The notes under the pieces: generated by a model | Database searches by the model: none | What the model was told of the DNA's origin: nothing | The model's input: the letters and a program-made list of their open reading frames with translations, nothing else | Assembly (NCBI GenBank): GCA_963675755.2 | Contig: CAXXMD010000002.1 | Span: 1,536,001-1,600,000 of the forward strand | Origin: a bacterium | GTDB lineage: Bacteria > Zhuqueibacterota > Zhuqueibacteria > Residuimicrobiales > Krinioviventaceae | Direction of reading: 5' to 3' | Length of the DNA stretch: 64,000 nucleotides | Shown: one piece after another, positions 19,723 through 29,864 of the stretch | Numbering within the stretch: the stretch's first letter is position 1 | Layout: each line of letters begins with the position of its first letter | Translations under genes and position numbers: made by a program

Positions 19723-20883
19723 CTACTTCCACTGAATCAGCACACTCTTGGCCGTATCAGCTTCGGATGCAATAATCACCAGATCATCCGTAACATTATG
19801 CTTGGGACCGGTGGCATTGTTCAACTGTGCATCGATGGCAATCTCTGCAGGACTAAAATCAATCACATCCGCATCAGATTTGCGGACTTTGATTCTGTGA
19901 TGTAATGAGTAAAACAGCAACACATCATTCGTCAATTCATTCAGGCAGATAATCCCGCGGGTGCCATCATCGTCTACATACACCAGATCATCCCAGGTTC
20001 CGTTAGAATGGCGGCGTAGAAATGCAATCTTTGGATATCCTTTTGTGTCATAACTGGTTTTGACAGATACGAAAAGCGTTCCATCATTAGCCACACACAT
20101 ATTTAAATGATCATCGGCCATACCGTCACCAATTTCATCCAACGCGGATTGAGAAGCGGGCTGCTCGTCCATAGACCAGGTTTCGGGAGCGTCTCCGTCT
20201 TTATGCATGCGGAAACCAAAGCGTTTGGTATCTTGATTAGACCACAATACCGCAATCTTTTTTCCGGGTAATGCCGTTAACGCGCAAATATCATCTTTAT
20301 AAATATCATTTGCAAGAGGAACCGGGGCACTCCATTCAGTATACGGAGCGTCACTGTAAATCACCATTACATCATGCAGGGTATCAAATGCGCTCCATAG
20401 ACGACCGTTAGAATCCATATCCATAGACGCGGCTTCAGTATCCGGATGATAGGTAATTGGAGAAATTTCCGGTCTTTGCTCCCACATTTTATATTTACCG
20501 GAGGCTTTATCATATTGGACAGAAACCAGACCTGAATATTCTCCTCTGAACAGCAGGATATGCGCCAGATCATTAACAGATTTTACATCTGCGTGACTGT
20601 CGGTCCAATCTGCAATACGCAATGTCTTTTGCCATTGCGTAGCGTTTAATTTCCATATAAATGTGCCTTCTGAATCCGGTAAAACAGCCCACCAGGTATT
20701 GTCGTATTTCCATACTTTGGATTGGGGCTTGAATTCGGTATTGGCAGAAATTTTGACCGGATCCAGATCAGTGATCTTGTATTCCATCTTTTGAGGACCT
20801 GCAGAGCAATTTAAAAACAACAATGCAGCTAAAATTCCTGTTAAAATACAAGACATGAAAATTTTTGTTCTTTTCAACTTCAT
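19723..20883 (-). CDS. Hypothetical lipoprotein, probable beta-propeller (BNR-like)
   Basis: FLNC lipobox; KPQSKVWKYDNTWW, ADDHLN, VKTS motifs. Confidence 0.65.
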   Translation of the reverse strand: MKLKRTKIFMSCILTGILAALLFLNCSAGPQKMEYKITDLDPVKISANTEFKPQSKVWKYDNTWWAVLPDSEGTFIWKLNATQWQKTLRIADWTDSHADVKSVNDLAHILLFRGEYSGLVSVQYDKASGKYKMWEQRPEISPITYHPDTEAASMDMDSNGRLWSAFDTLHDVMVIYSDAPYTEWSAPVPLANDIYKDDICALTALPGKKIAVLWSNQDTKRFGFRMHKDGDAPETWSMDEQPASQSALDEIGDGMADDHLNMCVANDGTLFVSVKTSYDTKGYPKIAFLRRHSNGTWDDLVYVDDDGTRGIICLNELTNDVLLFYSLHHRIKVRKSDADVIDFSPAEIAIDAQLNNATGPKHNVTDDLVIIASEADTAKSVLIQWK

Positions 20884-20945
20884 AATATCATTCCCATCAG
20901 TTAATACTATTGACTACAAGATACAAAATCAGACAGAAATCTGAT

Positions 20946-22991
20946 TTATTTATTCATACGTTTATAGGTGATCAATTGTGAACCGGGATTATCAAGAATA
21001 CGGATTTCAATACCGTTTTTCAATTCACTCCCGGATTTTGTACAAATTGCACCATTATTTTCATAACATAGTTCATAATTACTATCATCTTTCAATCCCT
21101 GCAATGATATAGAATATGCAATATCATTACATCTGGGACGGCGAAAGACCAGAACCATTCCGGTTCCATCCTCTATTTGATGGAACTGATACGCCATCCA
21201 TCTGTCATGACGGGTAGAGTACTCGGTCAATGGATAAAAATCGCCCTTAAAATTGGACCGGATCTTTTTATATTCATCATATATGAATCTGGCTCTATCT
21301 TGAGGAAAATTGTTTTCATACAAATTCCATCCTGTCACCATAGATGCAGAATAGGTACTGCGTGCCACATACATATCCTGTACGGTACTACCGGTACCGT
21401 GCTGGGGAAAATAAAAAGACAATCCGTATGTATGGTTCTGACGACCGGTGGGCTCGGTGTAATTGTAATCCGAGCGCCAAAGCGCAACACTGCGCGAAAT
21501 CATCTCGAGGTCCAAACGCCTGCCGCCGCTGGCACAATTATCAATCACCAGTCCGGGATGCCGTTCCAGTAACTCGTCCCAAAAGGCATACAGTCCTTCA
21601 ATATGACGGATTTCGGTCATGCCCTGCCTGTCAGGTGCGTCAAGAGAGCGCCAATAGTCCAGGGGACGAATATTAAAATCCTGCCGATACAGATCAACAC
21701 CGTTTTCCTCGATCAGTGTAGAGATCAGATCGGTCATCCACTGACGGGCCTCCCGTATGCCGAGATTGAAAATACCATTGCTATCATCAAAATTGCGTTT
21801 AATTACCCATTCGGGATGTTCTGTATCTACCCACGTTCCTTTATAAACACGCTCCGGTTCAAACCAGAGAATAAATTTGAGCCCCATCTTTTCAACTGCG
21901 TCTGCCACCGGTTTCAGGCTGTTGGGGAAATGCTCTTTACGGATATACCAGTTGCCCACATTCTGGTGCCAGGTACCTTTTTGAAAATCCATACTGCCAT
22001 ACCAGCCGGCATCGATCCACCAATACTCAGCCTGAAGCCCGAATTGTTGATAGCGTTCTGCCAGTGCAATCATGTTGTGCTCTGTAGCCAGCGTAAACTC
22101 TTCAAACATGAACGCGCCGCCATTGCACGCCAACGGTCCGGTATAGGGTTTACCCTCCAGTTGCGGTGTATGATGAGCCAAAACAAACTGTCTAAACAAG
22201 TTGTGACCGCGCATACGGTCATCTCCCTGCCAGAATAGCAGTAATATCCTCGGGGTACGAATGCATTCACCGGGATACAAAACGAGATGTGTCTTCTCCA
22301 TCCCCGCGCTGAATTCAACACCCTTTTCATCTTTTCTGCTAAAAACGGATTGCCACTGTCCGGTCCAGCCAACCGCAGCCATTACACCCCGGTCTCCTGC
22401 CTGCAGATTAAAAAACGGTAACGCAGTCTCATCGGATGACCGTCCGCCTTTTGGGGCCAGTACCAACTCGGAATGGGGTTTCAGTTCATTTATTAACGGG
22501 GCAAAATCATTTTCTCCATGATTGCTGCCCAAAGCGTGGTGTAATACAAATTCATTGCGATCATTAAAAAGCTGCAAATCCGCTGCCTGAATATTCTCCA
22601 GAATAGGCGTGTTAGTTGTACCGGTATTCTCAAACTCGAGCACCCACTCTACCGCGGGGAAATCCGCATACACATCCGCGCTGCAATGAATGACAAGCCC
22701 GGTTTTGGAATCTTTAAAAGTAAGGATATATTTTGTAATATTGTTACCGGCTTTAGATTTATCAAGCGAAAGCTTCCAATCCTTCAAAAGTGCATCGGAT
22801 GCCTGATTATCATATTGAAATGAAAAAAACGGAGTTAATTCTGTTGACAGGTGATCAGCAACCCACTGTTCAAGCATTTCTTTTTCAGCTTTGGAATTAT
22901 CATCAGTTATCTCTGCTTTTAATGAAACAAAGCTTATTAGTATAATTAATAAAACAAATATTCTATGCTTCAAATCCAGGTCCGATAACAT
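20946..22991 (-). CDS. Alpha-galactosidase (GH36 family)
   Basis: WIDAGWY, LWFEPE, YRQDFN, DNCASGGRRLD, WRSD. Confidence 0.88.
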   Translation of the reverse strand: MLSDLDLKHRIFVLLIILISFVSLKAEITDDNSKAEKEMLEQWVADHLSTELTPFFSFQYDNQASDALLKDWKLSLDKSKAGNNITKYILTFKDSKTGLVIHCSADVYADFPAVEWVLEFENTGTTNTPILENIQAADLQLFNDRNEFVLHHALGSNHGENDFAPLINELKPHSELVLAPKGGRSSDETALPFFNLQAGDRGVMAAVGWTGQWQSVFSRKDEKGVEFSAGMEKTHLVLYPGECIRTPRILLLFWQGDDRMRGHNLFRQFVLAHHTPQLEGKPYTGPLACNGGAFMFEEFTLATEHNMIALAERYQQFGLQAEYWWIDAGWYGSMDFQKGTWHQNVGNWYIRKEHFPNSLKPVADAVEKMGLKFILWFEPERVYKGTWVDTEHPEWVIKRNFDDSNGIFNLGIREARQWMTDLISTLIEENGVDLYRQDFNIRPLDYWRSLDAPDRQGMTEIRHIEGLYAFWDELLERHPGLVIDNCASGGRRLDLEMISRSVALWRSDYNYTEPTGRQNHTYGLSFYFPQHGTGSTVQDMYVARSTYSASMVTGWNLYENNFPQDRARFIYDEYKKIRSNFKGDFYPLTEYSTRHDRWMAYQFHQIEDGTGMVLVFRRPRCNDIAYSISLQGLKDDSNYELCYENNGAICTKSGSELKNGIEIRILDNPGSQLITYKRMNK

Positions 22992-23039
22992 AACAGCACT
23001 CCTTAAAAGAAATCATACAATAATCAAAAAATATTTTAA

Positions 23040-23648
23040 TCAGGCTTTGAATCGATATAGATAAAAACGGTACAAAAACCAGAATAATACGCCCTGACTG
23101 ATCAGAAAATAAACCAACATTCCCTGATAAAAGCCGGGTGAATGTTCTGTCATGAATCCGGTAAAATAATAACGTCCAAATTCAATCAGTACCCATAACG
23201 CTTTTAATATTTCTATAGCCAGAACTATTGTTAATACATTTGTTGCTTTTACCAATTCTGTTTCTTTAACAGGTAATTGTTTTTTATAAAAGATCAACAC
23301 TATTAAAAACAAAATTGAAACAAGAGCACCCAAGCCCAATCTCATAAACCTGCTGTCTATTGGACCCAATACGTTGATAACAAAAGGTATATTTAACAAA
23401 AGCGTTACCAGGTGACAAACAATTAGAGCTTTGAACCAGGATTTTAAAGGACTTTTTTCTGCCTGATCCAGAAAAAATAAAATCAGAAAAATAAAAACAA
23501 CTATTTTTGACAACTGTGTAAGAATTTTAGTAATACTCGCAACACCTGAACTCTCGAATAATACAGGTGCAATACCATGGCCCAGCTTGTTTAACATAGT
23601 ATAAACGATAACAAGCATGAAAACGATTGTCATATTTTTTAAATTCAT
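23040..23648 (-). CDS. Hypothetical integral membrane protein
   Basis: About 6 hydrophobic helices; ATG 23648 after AAGGGG. Confidence 0.7.
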   Translation of the reverse strand: MNLKNMTIVFMLVIVYTMLNKLGHGIAPVLFESSGVASITKILTQLSKIVVFIFLILFFLDQAEKSPLKSWFKALIVCHLVTLLLNIPFVINVLGPIDSRFMRLGLGALVSILFLIVLIFYKKQLPVKETELVKATNVLTIVLAIEILKALWVLIEFGRYYFTGFMTEHSPGFYQGMLVYFLISQGVLFWFLYRFYLYRFKA

Positions 23649-23705
23649 GATATCCCCTTTTAATATATAAAACGATATTAAAAGTTTTACACCTGGCAAA
23701 TGAGT

Positions 23706-24506
23706 TTATTCGTTCAGATTTTCACGGATATACTCGGGGCGATTGGTGGTAATTGAACCCGCTCCCCAGGACTTGAAGCGATTGGCTATATCCGTGTCAT
23801 CCACCGTCCATACATGATATTCGTACCCTGTTTTTTTAAAAGCATCGATAAAATCTTTATCAATCAGCTTGTGGCTGGAACTGAATCCTGTAGCTTTTAT
23901 CTCATTTAATGTTGCCAGTACAGATTCTAATGTAGGCGTTACAACACCGTCATCATCCTCATCAAATCCGCTCAACCAGTTTGCTTTGAATTGCGGTGCT
24001 TTTTCACGCATTGCCTTGATCACGGATTCATTGAATGAAATAATCACAATCTGTTCGTCTTTTAATCCTGATTTTTCAATCTCTTTCAACATTGCAGGAA
24101 TGATCTCGGAACCGCATTTAATCTCGATATAGATCATTTTTCCATCCGGTACCACATCCAGAACCTGTTTCAGCGTAGGAATACGGGTACCTTTGAATTT
24201 TTCATCCTTCCAGGCACCTGCATCCAGATCGCGTAACTGATCATAACTGCAATCTTTAATCTCCAGATCAACACCGGTAACGCGTTTGAGGTTACCATCA
24301 TGAAAACAGACGATTTTGCCGTCTGTGGTCAGGTAAAAGTCGCCTTCAATAGCATCTGCATTTTTTTGCCAGGCAAGTTCAAAAGCAGGAATGGTGTTTT
24401 CGGGGGCATCATGAGATGCGCCACGATGCGCGACGATCAAGGGTTCTTGAGAATAACTATAAATAATTAATAGTAATAAAATAGCAATAGTAAATCGAAT
24501 TTTCAT
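23706..24506 (-). CDS. Glycerophosphodiester phosphodiesterase
   Basis: IVAHRGAS..PENT, EGD, HD, IEIK, WTVD, ITTNRP. Confidence 0.92.
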   Translation of the reverse strand: MKIRFTIAILLLLIIYSYSQEPLIVAHRGASHDAPENTIPAFELAWQKNADAIEGDFYLTTDGKIVCFHDGNLKRVTGVDLEIKDCSYDQLRDLDAGAWKDEKFKGTRIPTLKQVLDVVPDGKMIYIEIKCGSEIIPAMLKEIEKSGLKDEQIVIISFNESVIKAMREKAPQFKANWLSGFDEDDDGVVTPTLESVLATLNEIKATGFSSSHKLIDKDFIDAFKKTGYEYHVWTVDDTDIANRFKSWGAGSITTNRPEYIRENLNE

Positions 24507-24927
24507 GGTTAATGTTCCTCTCATTCTGAAATAGTATCTGAATATATGAATATAGTTTTTATCAAATATTGTCTTCCTGAATAGACTAAAAAATTTAGTG
24601 ATAAAACATTATTGACAAATCATTGCCAACAATAAACAAATAATAAAAGGTATGAATATAGCAATTAATACATTTTTTAAGAAAAATGCAAGTTTATTAA
24701 AAACCGTATATTCGACACACTCGATATAATTGCATATAATGAATTAATCAACAATAACACAATCTAAAGTAACTGCTTGAAATGGTTCAATACCAATTTC
24801 AAATTTTATGCTTTTAAAAGATTGAATTTAGCAAATATGTTATTTATTTCCTTACAAAAAATTATGAATAAATTAAGTAGGGATTTAAAGCAAAAAAAGT
24901 AAATTGTACACAGTAGGAGATAATAAT

Positions 24928-25611
24928 ATGAAAATATTAATCATTGAAGATGAAAAAAAGGTCGCCATAGCATTAAAAGAAGGCCTTACAAATCTGGAAT
25001 TTGAGGCAGAAACTGCCTTTAGCGGCGAAGAGGGTTTTTTTCTATTAAACACCAAAAAGTATGATTTATTAATCCTTGACATTATGCTCCCGGGACGAGA
25101 TGGAATTGAAATCCTTAAAGCTTTGCGTAATCAGGGCAACAATATGCCGGTACTGCTTCTTACAGCCAAAGATGCAATTGAAGACAGGGTTCTGGGCTTG
25201 GAAAGCGGTGCAGACGATTATCTGGTTAAACCGTTTGCATTTCCTGAACTGACCGCGCGTATTCGCGTCTTGTTACGTCGTGGTAATACGGACTTGAAAA
25301 CCCGGTTGACCCTTGCGGGATTGGAAATGGACCTTTTGGCCCGTAAAGTGTCAAGGGACCAGAAACCAATAAACCTTACAGGGAAAGAATTTGAATTACT
25401 CGAATACCTTCTCAAACATACGGGATGCCTGGTTTCACGCGAAATGCTTGCCAAAGATGTTTGGCATGAAACTCTACGTGCTACACCTATTGATAATGTT
25501 ATTGATGTTCATATTACCCGTCTGCGTAAAAAGATTGATGGGCCGTTTGAAACAAAACTTTTGCACACTATCCGGGGCTTGGGATTCAAGATGGAGGTGC
25601 ATAATTCATGA
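24928..25611 (+). CDS. OmpR-family response regulator (CusR/CzcR-like)
   Basis: MKILIIEDE, LDIMLPGRDG, GADDYLVKPFAF, NVIDVHITRLRKKID, LHTIRGLG. Confidence 0.92.
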   Translation: MKILIIEDEKKVAIALKEGLTNLEFEAETAFSGEEGFFLLNTKKYDLLILDIMLPGRDGIEILKALRNQGNNMPVLLLTAKDAIEDRVLGLESGADDYLVKPFAFPELTARIRVLLRRGNTDLKTRLTLAGLEMDLLARKVSRDQKPINLTGKEFELLEYLLKHTGCLVSREMLAKDVWHETLRATPIDNVIDVHITRLRKKIDGPFETKLLHTIRGLGFKMEVHNS

Positions 25612-26957
25612 AACATTTTAAACATAGTGTTCGCAAACAGCTTTTGCTTTGGTACTCTGCTTTACAATTAGTAATTTTGTTGCTTTTTTCTTTACTGATT
25701 TTAATCGTCCTTAAAACTGCTCTCAACAGGCATTTACAAACACAACTCGAACTCGATTTTTCACAGATTGAACAAATTATTCAAAAAGAACCCGATGAAA
25801 TTGATGAAATAGATGAATTCAGTCCATTACGTCTTTTTATTATTTCCAAAAACGGAGAAATTGAAAGCAAAAGCCGCGCCTGGAAAGCCTCAAAATTGGT
25901 AATACCGCCAAAAGACCAATTTGGAATATTTTCCCAAACTTCTCCGGACAATAAACAATATACTATAAAAAGCGGGATTGTCCAAAAACACTATATTCTA
26001 ACGGTGGCTGCTGATAATGGCCCGATTCAAACTGTTCAAAAATTCTTTATTATAATATTATTGATTTTATTACCAGCAGCAATGGGGCTTACAGCAGCAA
26101 GTGGATATTTTTTGAGCGGCCGCTTGCTACGACCTGTTTCAAATATGGCAAAATCAGCGGCACATATATCGTTCGCAAACCTGTCGCAACGCCTTTATGT
26201 TCACAATCCACATGATGAATTTGGAATACTGGCAACTGTTTTCAATAACATGCTGGACCGTTTACAAAACGCAATTCTTCGTTTACGTCAATTTACAGCA
26301 GATGCTTCACACGAACTTCGCACCCCCCTGACGGTAATAAAAAGTGTAGGAGAAGTTACATTGCAGGAAGACCCCTCCCCCGAAGTCTACCGCGACAGGA
26401 TTGGCAGCATGTTAGAAGAAACTGAACGATTATCTCGACTGGTTGATAATTTATTAACGTTAACACGCGCAGACAGTAGCAACTTTAATTTTAATCCTCA
26501 AAAAACACTCTTGAATGAATTTTTATTTAAAATCATCCAGGATTACAGAATTTTGGCTGAAGAAAAAAGACAAACCATTACTATAGATTTTGATCCTGAA
26601 AAACCAATTACTGGTGTTGTTGATGAAGACCTTTTAAAACGGGCTGTTGTAAATTTATTGGATAATGCTATTAAATATACTCCCAACAAAGGTAAAATAA
26701 CTATTAAATTGGTATCAACTGATAAATTAAATATTATAAAAATCAAAGACACGGGGCCAGGCATTCCTCAAGAACATTTCGAAAAAATATTTGAGCGGTT
26801 TTACCGGGTTTCAAAAGCCCGATCACGTGAATTGGGCGGGACCGGTTTAGGCCTGGCTATCGCCAAGTGGGCCGTGGAAATGAATAACGGATCTGTATTC
26901 GCGGCAAACGATACGTATGGCGGTACAATATTTTGTATTGAACTTTATAAGAATTAG
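25608..26957 (+). CDS. HAMP sensor histidine kinase (CusS-like)
   Basis: Two TMs, DASHELRTPL, NLLDNAIKY, DTGPG, FERFYR, GTGLGL. Confidence 0.92.
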   Translation: MKHFKHSVRKQLLLWYSALQLVILLLFSLLILIVLKTALNRHLQTQLELDFSQIEQIIQKEPDEIDEIDEFSPLRLFIISKNGEIESKSRAWKASKLVIPPKDQFGIFSQTSPDNKQYTIKSGIVQKHYILTVAADNGPIQTVQKFFIIILLILLPAAMGLTAASGYFLSGRLLRPVSNMAKSAAHISFANLSQRLYVHNPHDEFGILATVFNNMLDRLQNAILRLRQFTADASHELRTPLTVIKSVGEVTLQEDPSPEVYRDRIGSMLEETERLSRLVDNLLTLTRADSSNFNFNPQKTLLNEFLFKIIQDYRILAEEKRQTITIDFDPEKPITGVVDEDLLKRAVVNLLDNAIKYTPNKGKITIKLVSTDKLNIIKIKDTGPGIPQEHFEKIFERFYRVSKARSRELGGTGLGLAIAKWAVEMNNGSVFAANDTYGGTIFCIELYKN

Positions 26958-27026
26958 AGATTTTTCTTGATATTTCCCAATACTTTAGGGTGAAATACGT
27001 CTGGACATAAAAAAAAAGAGGATACA

Positions 27027-29159
27027 ATGCGAATTCACACAATTTTACTGGTTATCTTGACGTCTACTCATATTCTTTATACACAGGAAACAAAACCGGT
27101 TGTACAAGCAATACATATACAAAGTCCTATTATAATGGACGGTAAGCTGTCTGAAAATTCATGGAAAACTGCAAACGTTATTTCAGATTTTACACAAAGG
27201 GAGCTAGAAGAAGGGAAACCTGCAACTGAACATACCAGCGTAAAAATATTATTCGACGAGAAAAACATCTATATTGGTATTATGTGTTATGATAAAAATC
27301 CGAACAAAATCATTCATAACGAACTGAAACGAGACGGAAAAATCAATGATGATGATAATATCGCTTTTATACTCGATACCTATCATGATTATCGCAGTGG
27401 ATATTATTTCCAAGTTAATGCTAACGGTGCACGTTGCGATGGCCTCTATTCAGGTGAAGAACATATAAATTATGATTGGAACGGTGTTTGGGATGTTGCA
27501 ACACAGATAACAAATGAAGGTTGGTGTGCAGAAATAGTTATTCCTATTAAATCCCTTCGTTTTCCAGTCAACAATACAAATAAATGGGGGTTTAATATTC
27601 AACGTACAATTAAACACAAACTGGAAGAAGTACTATGGACATCTTGGCAACGTAACGACGGTTTACTGCAACTCTATAAGGCCGGAACAATAACAGGATT
27701 GCAGCAGTTGAGAATGAAAAGGATGGTTGAAGTTAAACCTTTTTTACTTACAGGGCAAGAAACAGATTTTAATAAACAAAATATCAATACATTAAAATAT
27801 GGAATTGATATTAAATATCCTATTGCATCTAATCTTGTTCTTGATATGACTACATTTACAGATTTTGCACAAGTTGAATCGGACCGCAATCAGATTAATC
27901 TCAGCAGGTTTAATATTCGCTATCCGGAAAAAAGAGATTTTTTTCTGGAAGGCTCTGGTGTTTATAATTTTGGTCTGCGTGGTGGTGATGTTTTTTACTC
28001 CCGTAGAATAGGAATTACAGATGATCGTCAACAAGTTCCAATTCTTGTCGGTGCCCGTTTAACTGGTAAAACCGGAAAATATCGTATTGGCCTTTTAAAT
28101 GTTCAAACTGATAAAGAAAACAATACTGCTTCTACAAACTATGGTGTAGTTCGATTACAACGGGATATATATAAAAACTCAAGTATTGGAATAATAGCAA
28201 CAAATAAATCTGAAAATGATAAACCATCAAACCAGACAGTTGGTGCTGATTTTACTTATCGTACTTTATCATTTTTGGGTAATAACAACTTAATTATTTC
28301 GGGGGCAATAGCCGGAACAATTAAAGAAAGAACAACAAAAAATAACATTGCACATAGTATATATATTGATTACCCAAATGATACATTTGAAAATTATTTA
28401 TCTTATTCTGTTATACCAAAAAATTTTGATCCCGAGATCGGTTATGTGAACCGAAAAGGTATTAAAACCTATGGTGGAGCCTTTCGCTGGACACCACGTC
28501 CCGATTTCCCATTCATCAAAAAAATCATTATTAAACCCATAGAATTAAAATATCTAACCAATATGGATAATGTTTTAATGTCAAGAAATTATGAATTACG
28601 TCCCTTAGGTATTGAATTCAATTCCGGTGATAAATTGGAATTAAACAAAAGTTATAATTATGAAAATCTTGATGAAGATTTCAATATTTTTAATAATGTG
28701 GTAATACCTAAAGGTATATATAGCTGGTGGGACAATGAAATTCAATATGAAGGTAGTGGAAAACGAAAAATACAAGCAGATATTTCAATCAAATTCGGTG
28801 ATTTTTATACAGGATATCGAACTGAATATGATCAGGAACTTTTATTTAAAATAAATGAAAATATCGCACTTTCTACCATGTTTCAAATAAACCGAATAAA
28901 TGCGGAAAATCAGTCATTTATAACCCGTGAATACAGCAGCAGATTGGTTGTCAATTTTTCCACACGTTTGACAAGCCGCACATTTATTCAGTGGAACAAT
29001 GAAGATAAACGCGTGTATCTCAATTTTCTCATAAATTTTATACCCAAAATCGGTAGTGATATGTACTTTGTTTATAATCAGGTTTGGGATGGCTATCAAG
29101 GATATCGTATTCATTCTAAAACCGGAATCGCAAAAATTGCTTATATGATCCGTTTTTAA
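27027..29159 (+). CDS. CBM9-like/DUF5916 outer-membrane protein
   Basis: DGKLSE..W, WDVATQI..GWCAEIVIP..SLRF, DFAQVESD, PEKRDFFLEG, FYSRRIG; C-terminal Phe. Confidence 0.8.
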   Translation: MRIHTILLVILTSTHILYTQETKPVVQAIHIQSPIIMDGKLSENSWKTANVISDFTQRELEEGKPATEHTSVKILFDEKNIYIGIMCYDKNPNKIIHNELKRDGKINDDDNIAFILDTYHDYRSGYYFQVNANGARCDGLYSGEEHINYDWNGVWDVATQITNEGWCAEIVIPIKSLRFPVNNTNKWGFNIQRTIKHKLEEVLWTSWQRNDGLLQLYKAGTITGLQQLRMKRMVEVKPFLLTGQETDFNKQNINTLKYGIDIKYPIASNLVLDMTTFTDFAQVESDRNQINLSRFNIRYPEKRDFFLEGSGVYNFGLRGGDVFYSRRIGITDDRQQVPILVGARLTGKTGKYRIGLLNVQTDKENNTASTNYGVVRLQRDIYKNSSIGIIATNKSENDKPSNQTVGADFTYRTLSFLGNNNLIISGAIAGTIKERTTKNNIAHSIYIDYPNDTFENYLSYSVIPKNFDPEIGYVNRKGIKTYGGAFRWTPRPDFPFIKKIIIKPIELKYLTNMDNVLMSRNYELRPLGIEFNSGDKLELNKSYNYENLDEDFNIFNNVVIPKGIYSWWDNEIQYEGSGKRKIQADISIKFGDFYTGYRTEYDQELLFKINENIALSTMFQINRINAENQSFITREYSSRLVVNFSTRLTSRTFIQWNNEDKRVYLNFLINFIPKIGSDMYFVYNQVWDGYQGYRIHSKTGIAKIAYMIRF

Positions 29160-29306
29160 AGGTCTTATTTATAAGAGTCTTAAATTTATTAATTATAATT
29201 CCCTCCAAAAAATAACCCGAAAACAATAAATCAGAAAAATGGGTTGCATTCAGGCCAGAAATCTATTATTTTGAATTGATTTAAAAATAAACTATGGATA
29301 TAGAAA

Positions 29307-29864
29307 ATGCAACCATCAACTGAAAAACAATTATATCTACCGAAATGGATCAAAGATATTGACACATCATCCCCTCTGAAAACAGATAAAGCGAAAATGG
29401 ACTTTTGTATTGATCTGGCAAATCGAAACATACAAAACAATACCGGAGGACCTTTTGGCGCTGCCATTTTTAATATGGAAACGGATGAGCTCATATCAAT
29501 TGGTGTCAATGTTGTGGTTGAACAAACATGTTCATCTGCTCATGCCGAAGTCATAGCGCTTATGTTGGCACAGGAAAAAATCAAAAATCATCGACTTGAA
29601 CCGGCAGAGTATGTTATATTCTCATCCGCACAACCCTGTATCATGTGTTTTGGAGCGGTCATGTGGTCTGGTGTCAAAAAGCTGATTTTTGGAGCAACCA
29701 AAGCGGATGTGGAATCCATTACCGGATTTGATGAAGGTCCATCCATCCCCAATTGGGACAAAGAGCTAATAGATCGCAACATTGAGGTTGTTTCCGGATA
29801 CATGAGAGAAGCAGCTTGTACGGTTTTAACTGACTATAAATCCATGAACGGAATAATTTACTAA
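29307..29864 (+). CDS. Nucleoside/guanine deaminase family protein
   Basis: GGPFGA, HAE, PCIMC zinc-binding motifs. Confidence 0.88.
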   Translation: MQPSTEKQLYLPKWIKDIDTSSPLKTDKAKMDFCIDLANRNIQNNTGGPFGAAIFNMETDELISIGVNVVVEQTCSSAHAEVIALMLAQEKIKNHRLEPAEYVIFSSAQPCIMCFGAVMWSGVKKLIFGATKADVESITGFDEGPSIPNWDKELIDRNIEVVSGYMREAACTVLTDYKSMNGIIY

